Source: Thraustochytrium aureum
Lineage: Eukaryota
NCBI GenBank assembly: GCA_012862495.1
Contig: BLSG01000411.1
Span: forward strand, 1-64,000
DNA length: 64,000 bases
Reading direction: 5' to 3'
The notes under the pieces were generated by a model that made no database searches, was not told the DNA's origin, and saw nothing but the letters and a program-made list of their open reading frames with translations. Every line of letters starts with the position of its first letter. Position 1 is the first letter of the stretch. This document shows, piece after piece, positions 1 through 8,578 of this stretch. A program made the position numbers and the translations under genes.

Positions 1-759
1 ACACCGAACCACAACGAGTACCCCAAACACATACTCTACTTTGAACAAAATAAAGAGTAGGGGTACCAGTCCTACTACGACATCGATGGGTGCTTGCCAG
101 CGTACTCGAGATAGCCAATCGGGTGTGGTGTTTTTGAAACGGAATCTCGACTTGCTCCACCTCTTTCTCTTGCACGCATCGGTATGACTGCCAGTGCGCA
201 CGTGCTTCTGCGTCCGATCCTCCGACCTTCAGCAGACGTGACGCTTCCAGCCCGGGCCTGCCCAGGTTGTTGTAGACGATAAAGATGGACAGAATGCAGC
301 GCCGCTATTGGTGCAGCGCCGTGATCCGCTGTGCCTTGGACACGGTCGTGTCGCCGTGGCGCACGCTATCACGGAAAACGGTCGAAAACGCTCACTGTGC
401 CAAGTGAGGCAGAGCATGGGGCGGCGTTCCCGCAACAGATCTTTTGCTCGCCAGTGAGCGAATATCCTGTTTGCGTGCGTCGCCGTCCGTCGCACCGCGC
501 CAATGCCAACGGCGTGCGTCGATTCTCGGTGGGTCCTTGATCCATGATGCTGGCGAGATGCCGGCGANNNNNNNNNNNNNNNNNNNNGAACGCTGCCCAA
601 CCTCTGGAGGTCAATTCTAGAGAACACATCAGTTGAACGACGCCCTTCGCAAAAGAAGTGTGGCCTTGCGACCGTGCAAATTGCAATCTGTTGGTTGCTC
701 CTAGTGCACTGGTGAACAACAAATACCAGCTTGCTCGGCGTCTCCTCTCCGGGTAGCGC

Positions 760-1680
760 TCACATGTTCACAGCAAGAGGTTCCTCCACGAGCATCTTGT
801 TCTTGATTGGGCTCTGGAATCTTTGCAGCATCGCCCGAAGCTGTCCGCCCGAGCCGATATCGAGAATCGTCCCCGGACGAGGGTCCGCAACGATCGCGCC
901 AAGAATACTTTCCCACTGAACCGTTGCGACGACTTGCTGCGCGAGACTCGCCAGAGTGTCGTCGTCCGGCCTGTACAGCTGCCCGGTCACATTGGAAAAG
1001 ACTTCGTCTACGCAGGTCACGCTTGGCTGCTGCTGCTGCTGCTGCTGCTGCGAAAAGTCGCAAGTGAGGGCGAGCGCTGCAATACGCTCCGCGACATGGC
1101 GCATCGACGCAGTGTGAAAAGCGCCGCCAAGACCCTTTTGCGGCACGGCACGGGAAGCGATTTCTGGTGTCCAACTGATTGCCGCCAAGTCCTCCCGAGG
1201 CCCCGCAACAGTCACACAGAAAGGAAAGAGTCGCGCAGCGATGGCGCAAGGAATGAGGCTTTCATTCTTGACGCCATGCAGAGTCACCATGGCGCCGGGA
1301 TGCTCGTCGCATGCACGCGCCATTGCGTCGGCACGAACTTTGGCCACGCGAAGCGCGTCTTTGAGACTCAACCGCCCAGCTGCAGCAACAGCTGCGACCT
1401 CGCCGACAGACAGGCCTGCAAATACGAGCTTGACGTCACTCTGGAAGAGCTCGGGGTGGACATTCCGCGCTCGGCAGACCGCGTCGAGTGCGCGCACTAC
1501 GATCGCAAGCTGTGCAAACTGGGTTTTCCCAAGCTGCGATGGTGTCAAGCGCGTCACGTCCAGGCCCAAAACTTCTTGCGCGACGCTAGCTAGCGTCGCG
1601 CTGTAGAGTGGCGCGCCAGCGGCTGGGCCGAACTCGATGCCCTGCCCAGGAAGCACAACCCACGTCACCCGCTGCACCAT
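760..1680 (-). CDS. Stand-alone malonyl-CoA:ACP transacylase (FabD/MCAT-like acyltransferase), 306 aa
   Basis: N-terminal VLPGQG; catalytic GLSVGE (Ser91); Arg116 in KVRADAM (+25 from Ser, as in E. coli FabD Ser92/Arg117); GAFHT; SNVTG; QQVVATVQW; ILDIGSG. No obvious N-terminal targeting extension. Contains a poly-Q8 insert. Confidence 0.92.
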   Translation of the reverse strand: MVQRVTWVVLPGQGIEFGPAAGAPLYSATLASVAQEVLGLDVTRLTPSQLGKTQFAQLAIVVRALDAVCRARNVHPELFQSDVKLVFAGLSVGEVAAVAAAGRLSLKDALRVAKVRADAMARACDEHPGAMVTLHGVKNESLIPCAIAARLFPFCVTVAGPREDLAAISWTPEIASRAVPQKGLGGAFHTASMRHVAERIAALALTCDFSQQQQQQQQPSVTCVDEVFSNVTGQLYRPDDDTLASLAQQVVATVQWESILGAIVADPRPGTILDIGSGGQLRAMLQRFQSPIKNKMLVEEPLAVNM

Positions 1681-2764
1681 TTACTCTAGCTCTAGCTAGA
1701 GAGAGTTGTAACCTGGTGGGCAAGTGGNNNNNNNNNNNNNNNNNNNNNNNNNNNNNNNNNNNNNNNNNNNNNNNNNNNNNNNNNNNNNNNNNNNNNNNNN
1801 NNNNNNNNNNNNNNNNNNNNNNNNNNNNNNNNNNNNNNNNNNNNNNNNNNNNNNNNNNNNNNNNNNNNNNNNNNNNNNNNNNNNNNNNNNNNNNNNNNNN
1901 NNNNNNNNNNNNNNNNNNNNNNNNNNNNNNNNNNNNNNNNNNNNNNNNNNNNNNNNNNNNNNNNNNNNNNNNNNNNNNNNNNNNNNNNNNNNNNNNNNNN
2001 NNNNNNNNNNNNNNNNNNNNNNNNNNNNNNNNNNNNNNNNNNNNNNNNNNNNNNNNNNNNNNNNNNNNNNNNNNNNNNNNNNNNNNNNNNNNNNNNNNNN
2101 NNNNNNNNNNNNNNNNNNNNNNNNNNNNNNNNNNNNNNNNNNNNNNNNNNNNNNNNNNNNNNNNNNNNNNNNNNNNNNNNNNNNNNNNNNNNNNNNNNNN
2201 NNNNNNNNNNNNNNNNNNNNNNNNNNNNNNNNNNNNNNNNNNNNNNNNNNNNNNNNNNNNNNNNNNNNNNNNNNNNNNNNNNNNNNNNNNNNNNNNNNNN
2301 NNNNNNNNNNNNNNNNNNNNNNNNNNNNNNNNNNNNNNNNNNNNNNNNNNNNNNNNNNNNNNNNNNNNNNNNNNNNNNNNNNNNNNNNNNNNNNNNNNNN
2401 NNNNNNNNNNNNNNNNNNNNNNNNNNNNNNNNNNNNNNNNNNNNNNNNNNNNNNNNNNNNNNNNNNNNNNNNNNNNNNNNNNNNNNNNNNNNNNNNNNNN
2501 NNNNNNNNNNNNNNNNNNNNNNNNNNNNNNNNNNNAGCCTCTGGCCTCTGGCCTCCTGCAGGGGACTTGCACAAGATGCTCGCGCGGTCAAGCAGACCCC
2601 AGTTGTCTCTTGGCGATCATCAGCACTCCAGCGGAACGACTGATTAGACGAGCAAGAGCAAGACGTTCGAAGGACACAAGCAGGCCCAGCGTGTAGTAGA
2701 CCTGGTCGAAGCGCACCAAGCCCCAGCCGTGAAGACTCGACACATCACAAACCGAACAACCACC

Positions 2765-3650
2765 ATGCTTCTTCTCCTGTTCTCCGGCGTAGGAGCTGTG
2801 TCGGCGAGCACCGCGCGGCTTGTCAACCAAATCGTTTCCGACACAGCTCGCTATGAGCAAGTCAAGGAGCGCCTCGCCTTGAAGCACGGCATCGACTTGG
2901 CCGCGGCCTGGGCGCGTCTCGCGGACTACGACGAAAGCAACTCGCGAGCTCTCAGCGCCCTCGACCAAGTACTGATCCAGTTTGCTGTTCAAATCGCTGG
3001 CGCCGAGATCGCTCTTCGCGCCGTCGGGGCCGACGCCGAGATCGTCGTGCTTGGGCATAGCGTCGGTGAACTTGCAGCTGCTGTTGTGGCCGGCCACCTC
3101 GGCCTTGACGAGGCCGTGGACGCTGCTGTGCATATTGCTGCGGTCGCGAGCAAGCTGAGCGGGGACCTGTGGTACGGCAGTCTTGCTCCCGGCGACGTGG
3201 TCGCTTCCGTCAATCACGGCGACGACGACGGCACCACTTACGGGGCTATTGCCACGAGAGCGAGAGAGCCCCCTCGCGAAGGGCTTCGCCGCATCCACAC
3301 GGGCTTTCCCTGGCACCACCCTGACTACAAGGCATTCGTGGACGGCGATTCAGAGGCGCGCAGTGAGGCTGGTTCGCCGCCGGTGGAGGCGAAATGCAAG
3401 CCTCTCGCGCTCTCTCTCGTGGGCGGACTCGCCAACCAAGAGAAAGGAGCCCTTGGCGCAGCGTACTGGGCAAAGTGGGCCTATACGGGTGTAAACCTTG
3501 CCGGGGCCCTCGTCGCGGTGCGCAACGCATTCCCAATCGACTGCGTAGTCGAGATCTCGGCGCACCCCATGCTCTTGGGGTCGGCGCGCGCTTCGTTCAG
3601 CAGCTCGTGCAAAGACTACGTTGGGCTTTTCAACCGCGAGACGGGCCTGG
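2765..3650 (+). other. PKS domain 1: acyltransferase (loading-type, compact)
   Basis: LLFSGVG (cf. FPGQG); GHSVGE at 3053-3070; Ile (3134) at the conserved Arg position; FPWHH (cf. AFHS); YWAKW...VNL; VVEISAHPML (cf. FLEIGPHPVL). Confidence 0.85.
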
Positions 3651-6600
3651 ACCAAGACGCGCGCCTGGCGCTTGTGAAGCGCGGCGGCGAGGGTCTGCTC
3701 CAGGCGATTCTCCGCACGCTTGGGCCGACGTTGAACCCGGACAAGACTTGGGCGGAGAACGGGCTCAACAGCGCCGACCTCGTCTTGGCGTGCCAAAAGC
3801 TACGCCGCTCTGGGACTGTCCCACTGCTCAAGCCGCACCATCTGTTCCGCATGGTTTCTCCCCGCGCCCTGGCGCTTGTCACGGAGGCAGAGGAGTTGAG
3901 CCCCCAAGCGGAATCCAAGGCCACAGCGCAGCGCGCAGTGGTCGTCCAGGCCATGAGCTGCTTGCTACCGGGCAACTTGCGCTCTGCGGCCCAGTTGGCA
4001 GGGTTTGCAGCCACCCAGGGCGACGCAGTTCGACGCGATACCGGGTTCGACACCGGCAAACATGCTGCGGGGTTTCTGGGCGATATTTGCATCGACCTTG
4101 CCAAGTTTGGCTTGTCTCGCAGCGAGGCGGCCACGCTCGATCCACAGCAAGCTTTGGTATTGGAGTGCGTGGACAAACTCTTGGAGGAGAACGGCATCAT
4201 GCAGCTCCCGGCGAGTACCGGCGTGTACATCGGCGCCTGGAACTCGGAGTTTGCAGGTGACAGGTCTTCCGTGTTTTACCCGACCGGGACAAACCCGAGC
4301 CTCGTAGCTGCCAGAGTGAGCCATATCTACAAGCTCCACGGCCCGTGCAAGGTGATAAACTCTGCATGCGCGTCATCGCTCGAGGCGGTATTGGAGGCGT
4401 TTCGAGACGTGTCCTCCGGCAAAGTAGAGTGCGCTCTCGCCGGCGGCGTCAACCTGCTCTGGGACCCGCACTTTACCGAGTGCATGGCCCAGTCTGGATT
4501 CCTCGGCCCCACGCAACGCTGCCGGTCGTTTGACGCGTGCGCCGACGGCTACGTGCGCTCCGAGGGCTGCGGCCTCGTCCTCCTTGCGCGAAAAGGTGCG
4601 CTGTCTCCGCAGTATCACTGCGAGATTCTGGGCGGAGCATCCAACCAAAATGGCGGTCGCAGCGCCAGCATCACTGCACCAAGCCCGGTCGCCCAGGAAG
4701 AGTGCATCAGGATGGCTCTTGCGGACGCTGGTCTAAGCCCCGCCGACGTCGACTATGTCGAGTGCCACGGGACTGGAACCAAGCTTGGCGACCCCATCGA
4801 GTGGGCAGCCCTGGCGCGCACCATCGGCGCCCACCGGACAGCGGCAAGGCCGTGTCTAGTAGCAAGCATCAAGAGCAACATTGGCCACCTCGAGTCTGCA
4901 GCAGGCGTCGCCGGCCTCATCCACGCCGCCACGGTACTCTCGAGCAAGGTTGTCCCACGTCCGGGCAACCTGTCCAAGCCCAACCCCCTCCTCGACGCCT
5001 GCGAGGGCCTCAAGCTCGCCTTCCCTGCGAACGTGGCTGCGCCGCATCTTGCCGTCGCGGGCGTCTCGTCGTTCGGCTTTGGCGGCAGCAATGTGCACCT
5101 TGTCCTCCGTGCCAGCCCGAACGTGCCACTCCCGCAGCCGCCGATGCTCGCATCCTCGTCGGCGGACAGCGTCTTTGTCTTTGACCGGTCACAGCCGCGC
5201 GTGGCGCCTGTGCTGCTGCCCGTGGCGCCAGAGCAGCAGGGCAAACCTCCAGCCCTGGCAAGTGCAGAAGCGAAAGCAGCTGGAATCACGGTGGAGGCCA
5301 CCTTCTGGGAGGTCGTGCATGCAGTTGCGGGCGAGGTCACACCCGCCGACGCGATCCTCCGCAGCGGACTCGACTCGCTCGGGCTCACAGAACTCTTCTT
5401 GCGCATCGAGCAGCGGCTTGGCGTGGACGCCGCCCACCTCAGCGAGTTCCTCGCAGGCGAGCACTCTTGGGGCGACCTGCGCGAGCGCGTTCTCCGCACA
5501 GCGAGCCCGGTGCAGCAGCAATCGGCTGCCGCGACGCCGCCCAAGCAGCAGCAGCTCCAACAGACGGCAGCCTCGCCGCCCACCGAAGTCGAAGACGAGG
5601 GCGGGTGCGGGCACTTCACCTGGGCACAGCCTCGCTTCAACGAGGCGATCCGGACGACGCACGTGGGGTCGCTGCCGCGCAGCAGCGACAAAGACGAACA
5701 GTACAAGGAGCTGCACAGCCTGTTGCAAAAGCAGCTCAGCATCGGGCTGACGTACATCAACGATGGCGAGGTTGGGCGTATCGACTATGCGACGGCGGTG
5801 CTCACCCGGATGACTGGCTTTGAGGAGCAGGCCGCGTCTGCTGCGCCACAGCCCCAGGACTTGGAAGACATGCCCTGTGTGGCGCGGCGGTTCCTTCGTC
5901 GAGCGGGGCTCATTACACTGAACAAGTCGGTCTTGGCCGCCAACCCGCACTGCGTTGGCGCGGTGAAGTACATTGGGGAAAACTCGCTCAAGCGCGAGCT
6001 GGAAGCAGTTCGTCGCGCCCTTGCCCTGAACAATGCTGGGCTGCCTGGCCAGGCGTTTTGGACAGCGCCGTCCCCCGGCACGCTGGCCATGTTTTTCCAG
6101 AACGACGCGGTGGACGAGTATCCCTCGTACGACGACTATTTGGAAGCTCTCGGCGCCGCATTGCGCTGCGAATACGCGGCGATCGTCAGAAACGGCTTTG
6201 TGCTGCAGGTGGACTGTCCTGACCTGGCCATGTCACGCCACACGCGCTTCAAGCACTTGGGCCTGTCGGCTTGGAAGGCCGTGGTGGCAAAGCACGTCGC
6301 GGTCCTCAACCGCGCCCTCGAGGGCCTCCCGCGAGCGAGCGTGCGCGTGCACGTGTGCTGGGGCAACTACGCGGGAACTCACCACCGCGACGCGGCCGCG
6401 GCCGACGTCCTCTCCGCCGCGTTCACCATCAATGCCGGTGGGATCGGCTTTGAAGCTGCCAACCCGCGTCATGCAGCCGACTGGAGCTCGATGCAAGCTT
6501 GCGACATCCCGCATGACGTGGTGGTCTACCCAGGAGTCGTCGACACGTGCTCCATGTCCGTGGAGAGCCCTGCTGTGGTCTGCGAGCGCATATGCCGCTT

Positions 6601-8578
6601 TGCAAAGCTCGTGGGCCCTTCGCGCGTCGTGGCCAACACCGATTGTGGCTTTTCGACGACGGCCCAGGCACAGGGGCTTCCAGGCGAGGTCGCATGGATG
6701 AAGTTGCGAGCCCTAGTCGCGGGGGCGCGAATGGCCACGCACGCGATGTTCCCGAAGGCGTTTCCGGCCTTTGTCCCGCGCCCAAGCGAGCGACGGTTCT
6801 TGTTCTGTGCTGGGCCGCTCGAGGCGCAGCGCATCTGTGATGGAAAGCTCAGCTCTCGCGCGTTTGACCTTGGCGAGACTCGGGTTGTGTTCACAAGCTT
6901 GCGGGAACCAGGCGATGCGGCAGCGGTGGCGCAGCACGTTCGCCTCTTTGTGGACACGCCTGTGAGCTTTGACACTGACGGCTCCGAGAGCGCAGAGGCC
7001 TTTGCGGGCGAAGTTCGGAGCTTGCTTGCGAACGGGTCGCGCTGCTCGCCAGCGTTCCCCTGTGAGGCGCCCTTGCGAGCGCTAGAGCCAAGCGACATGG
7101 TCGTCGGCTCAGGTTGCGAAACGGCGCTCCGCGAGGCGTACGACGTGGTGGTGGTGGGCGCCGGCGTGGTAGGTCTGCTTGCGGCCAAGCACCTTGCGGC
7201 CAACGGCGTCGACGTCGTGGTGCTCGAGAAGGAGTCGTTTGTGGGTGGCATTTGGACAACCTTTGCAAACCCCACAAGCCAAGTAAACAGCTCCGAAGGG
7301 TCCTACAGGCTCAACGACACGTACCGCAAGCGCCCGAACCGAGACCACAGCACGACGGCCGAGGTCCGCGCAGACATTCTCGAGATCGCGCGCGACCTGC
7401 TCGCCAACGGGCGGCTGTTCACCCAGACCGCAGTCTCTTTTGTGGAGCGATCGGGGCCAGACCAAACAGACTACACGGTGACCCTTGCAAGTGGCAGCAA
7501 CACTGTCCGCTGTAGGGGCGTGATTTTGGCCATCAACGACCGCGTCGGCCAGCCGCGGCCCGTCAAGTGGCCCGGCCAAGGCGCCTTCCAGGGCACCGTG
7601 GTCGACGGCTTTGGCGGAGACGCGCGCGCTCACAAAGTCGACTGGGCCGGCAAGCGCGTGGTGATCGTGGGAATGGGCGCCTTCGCGGTTGAAAACGCGC
7701 GCACTGCGCTAGAAGCGGGCGCACGTAACGTTGTCGTCGTGGCGCGTCGGCACGGGACGGTGTGCCCCAAGTACATCGACTACATAAACTTTGTGCACCG
7801 AGACAGTGTGGGAGCGAATGGGCGCGACATGGACACGTCGCACAACAGCAAGAACATGTTTCTGTGGCGAAAGCTTTACGACGCGAGCCACTGCACAATG
7901 CCAGAGTGCTGGCTCGGCCTGATCAAGCACACCGGCCATACCATCAGCGTGTCGGACGTGTGGTTCGTGGGCCACCATCTAGGTCTCCTTGAGACGCGCC
8001 AGGGCGATCTCGAGCGCCTGGTGGAGAATGGCGTGGTCCTTGCTGGGTCCGGCGAGCTGATCCAGGCGGACGTTGTGGTGAGGTGCACGGGGTTCGAGCG
8101 CAACGCAAGCGCTGTGCCCACCCTCACGCCGTACCGCTCTATGACGCCCGTCAACTACTTGGACACAAACTTGATGTACCTGGCCGACGCGTTCATTGAC
8201 GACGACGCGTTCAACTCGTTCTTTGGGTCGAGCGTCGTCGAGATGGCAAAGTTCTTCGTCATGGTTTTCGAGCACTTTTTCAAGGGCCGAGACCTCGACG
8301 CGCTCGCGCACCCCGCTCTAGCAGCGCTCGTCGACGTCCAGGATCGCAAGTGGACCGACTACATTCGCGGCGCGGAGCATCTCGTCAACGCGGTTCCAGA
8401 CATCCGCCTCAAAGCGGACGCTCTCCTTCGTCGTCGTTACCGAGACTTTGTTGAGGCCCAGTCCGTTGAGGAATACATCGCCGCAAACAAGCGCGAGTGG
8501 GTCGAGCTCCACGACCTGCTCACCCAAGGCGCCGTGGAGCAGAGTTGCATGCTCCCGTATCCATCATGGGCCAAATAA
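2765..8578 (+). CDS. Hybrid type-I PKS: AT-ACP-KS-ACP-MetE-core-like-unknown-flavin monooxygenase, ~1937 aa, apparently intronless
   Basis: One uninterrupted ORF. In-frame TAG upstream at 2645, first ATG at 2765, stop TAA at 8576-8578. Each domain has recognisable motifs (see sub-features). Confidence 0.9.
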   Translation: MLLLLFSGVGAVSASTARLVNQIVSDTARYEQVKERLALKHGIDLAAAWARLADYDESNSRALSALDQVLIQFAVQIAGAEIALRAVGADAEIVVLGHSVGELAAAVVAGHLGLDEAVDAAVHIAAVASKLSGDLWYGSLAPGDVVASVNHGDDDGTTYGAIATRAREPPREGLRRIHTGFPWHHPDYKAFVDGDSEARSEAGSPPVEAKCKPLALSLVGGLANQEKGALGAAYWAKWAYTGVNLAGALVAVRNAFPIDCVVEISAHPMLLGSARASFSSSCKDYVGLFNRETGLDQDARLALVKRGGEGLLQAILRTLGPTLNPDKTWAENGLNSADLVLACQKLRRSGTVPLLKPHHLFRMVSPRALALVTEAEELSPQAESKATAQRAVVVQAMSCLLPGNLRSAAQLAGFAATQGDAVRRDTGFDTGKHAAGFLGDICIDLAKFGLSRSEAATLDPQQALVLECVDKLLEENGIMQLPASTGVYIGAWNSEFAGDRSSVFYPTGTNPSLVAARVSHIYKLHGPCKVINSACASSLEAVLEAFRDVSSGKVECALAGGVNLLWDPHFTECMAQSGFLGPTQRCRSFDACADGYVRSEGCGLVLLARKGALSPQYHCEILGGASNQNGGRSASITAPSPVAQEECIRMALADAGLSPADVDYVECHGTGTKLGDPIEWAALARTIGAHRTAARPCLVASIKSNIGHLESAAGVAGLIHAATVLSSKVVPRPGNLSKPNPLLDACEGLKLAFPANVAAPHLAVAGVSSFGFGGSNVHLVLRASPNVPLPQPPMLASSSADSVFVFDRSQPRVAPVLLPVAPEQQGKPPALASAEAKAAGITVEATFWEVVHAVAGEVTPADAILRSGLDSLGLTELFLRIEQRLGVDAAHLSEFLAGEHSWGDLRERVLRTASPVQQQSAAATPPKQQQLQQTAASPPTEVEDEGGCGHFTWAQPRFNEAIRTTHVGSLPRSSDKDEQYKELHSLLQKQLSIGLTYINDGEVGRIDYATAVLTRMTGFEEQAASAAPQPQDLEDMPCVARRFLRRAGLITLNKSVLAANPHCVGAVKYIGENSLKRELEAVRRALALNNAGLPGQAFWTAPSPGTLAMFFQNDAVDEYPSYDDYLEALGAALRCEYAAIVRNGFVLQVDCPDLAMSRHTRFKHLGLSAWKAVVAKHVAVLNRALEGLPRASVRVHVCWGNYAGTHHRDAAAADVLSAAFTINAGGIGFEAANPRHAADWSSMQACDIPHDVVVYPGVVDTCSMSVESPAVVCERICRFAKLVGPSRVVANTDCGFSTTAQAQGLPGEVAWMKLRALVAGARMATHAMFPKAFPAFVPRPSERRFLFCAGPLEAQRICDGKLSSRAFDLGETRVVFTSLREPGDAAAVAQHVRLFVDTPVSFDTDGSESAEAFAGEVRSLLANGSRCSPAFPCEAPLRALEPSDMVVGSGCETALREAYDVVVVGAGVVGLLAAKHLAANGVDVVVLEKESFVGGIWTTFANPTSQVNSSEGSYRLNDTYRKRPNRDHSTTAEVRADILEIARDLLANGRLFTQTAVSFVERSGPDQTDYTVTLASGSNTVRCRGVILAINDRVGQPRPVKWPGQGAFQGTVVDGFGGDARAHKVDWAGKRVVIVGMGAFAVENARTALEAGARNVVVVARRHGTVCPKYIDYINFVHRDSVGANGRDMDTSHNSKNMFLWRKLYDASHCTMPECWLGLIKHTGHTISVSDVWFVGHHLGLLETRQGDLERLVENGVVLAGSGELIQADVVVRCTGFERNASAVPTLTPYRSMTPVNYLDTNLMYLADAFIDDDAFNSFFGSSVVEMAKFFVMVFEHFFKGRDLDALAHPALAALVDVQDRKWTDYIRGAEHLVNAVPDIRLKADALLRRRYRDFVEAQSVEEYIAANKREWVELHDLLTQGAVEQSCMLPYPSWAK
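3695..3880 (+). other. PKS domain 2: ACP1
   Basis: LNPDKTWAENGLNSADLV..L....LKPHHLFRMVSPRALA. GLNS phosphopantetheine-site variant at 3761-3772 and a typical ACP C-terminal pattern. Confidence 0.75.
3935..5120 (+). other. PKS domain 3: ketosynthase with intact Cys-His-His triad
   Basis: LDPQQALVLE; NSACASSL (Cys at 4367); FDACADGYVRSEG; ECHGTGTKLGDPIE (His at 4766); KSNIGHLESAAG; GVSSFGFGGSNVH. Confidence 0.97.
5295..5500 (+). other. PKS domain 4: ACP2
   Basis: ILRSGLDSLGLTELFLRIEQRLGV with canonical GLDS (Ser at 5375-5377), followed by a Q/P/A-rich linker. Confidence 0.9.
5645..6740 (+). other. PKS domain 5: cobalamin-independent methionine synthase C-terminal (core) / epoxyalkane:CoM transferase-like Zn domain
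   Basis: TTHVGSLPR; QLSIGLTYINDGE; LQVDCPDLA; HVCWGNYAGTHHRD (His/Cys Zn ligands at 6350-6358); FEAANPRH; YPGVVD; RVVANTDCGF (Cys at 6644); AWMKLRALVAGA. Confidence 0.88.
7136..8575 (+). other. PKS domain 7: class B flavin monooxygenase (FMO/BVMO-like)
   Basis: YDVVVVGAGVVG...VVVLEK...VGGIW (FAD Rossmann fold); GKRVVIVGMGAFAVE...ARR (NADPH Rossmann fold); ADVVVRCTGF; degenerate fingerprint FQGTVVDGFGG. Confidence 0.85.

Noticed and set aside
1..740. Short ORFs next to the AT gene as extra cluster members (e.g. a PPTase)
   Set aside because: Stops in the frames examined, no recognisable motifs, and a small gap; cannot be supported.
1586..2696. Long ORFs spanning N runs (also 8448-9284, 44137-45799, 48050-49276, 58586-60086)
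   Set aside because: Artefacts of translating scaffold gaps.
4753..7275. Long antisense ORFs over the PKS and other genes
   Set aside because: Shadow ORFs expected from high GC3; no motifs.
2765..8578. Calling the PKS a PUFA synthase or FAS subunit
   Set aside because: No tandem ACP array, KR, DH, CLF or ER, and the domain order is different.
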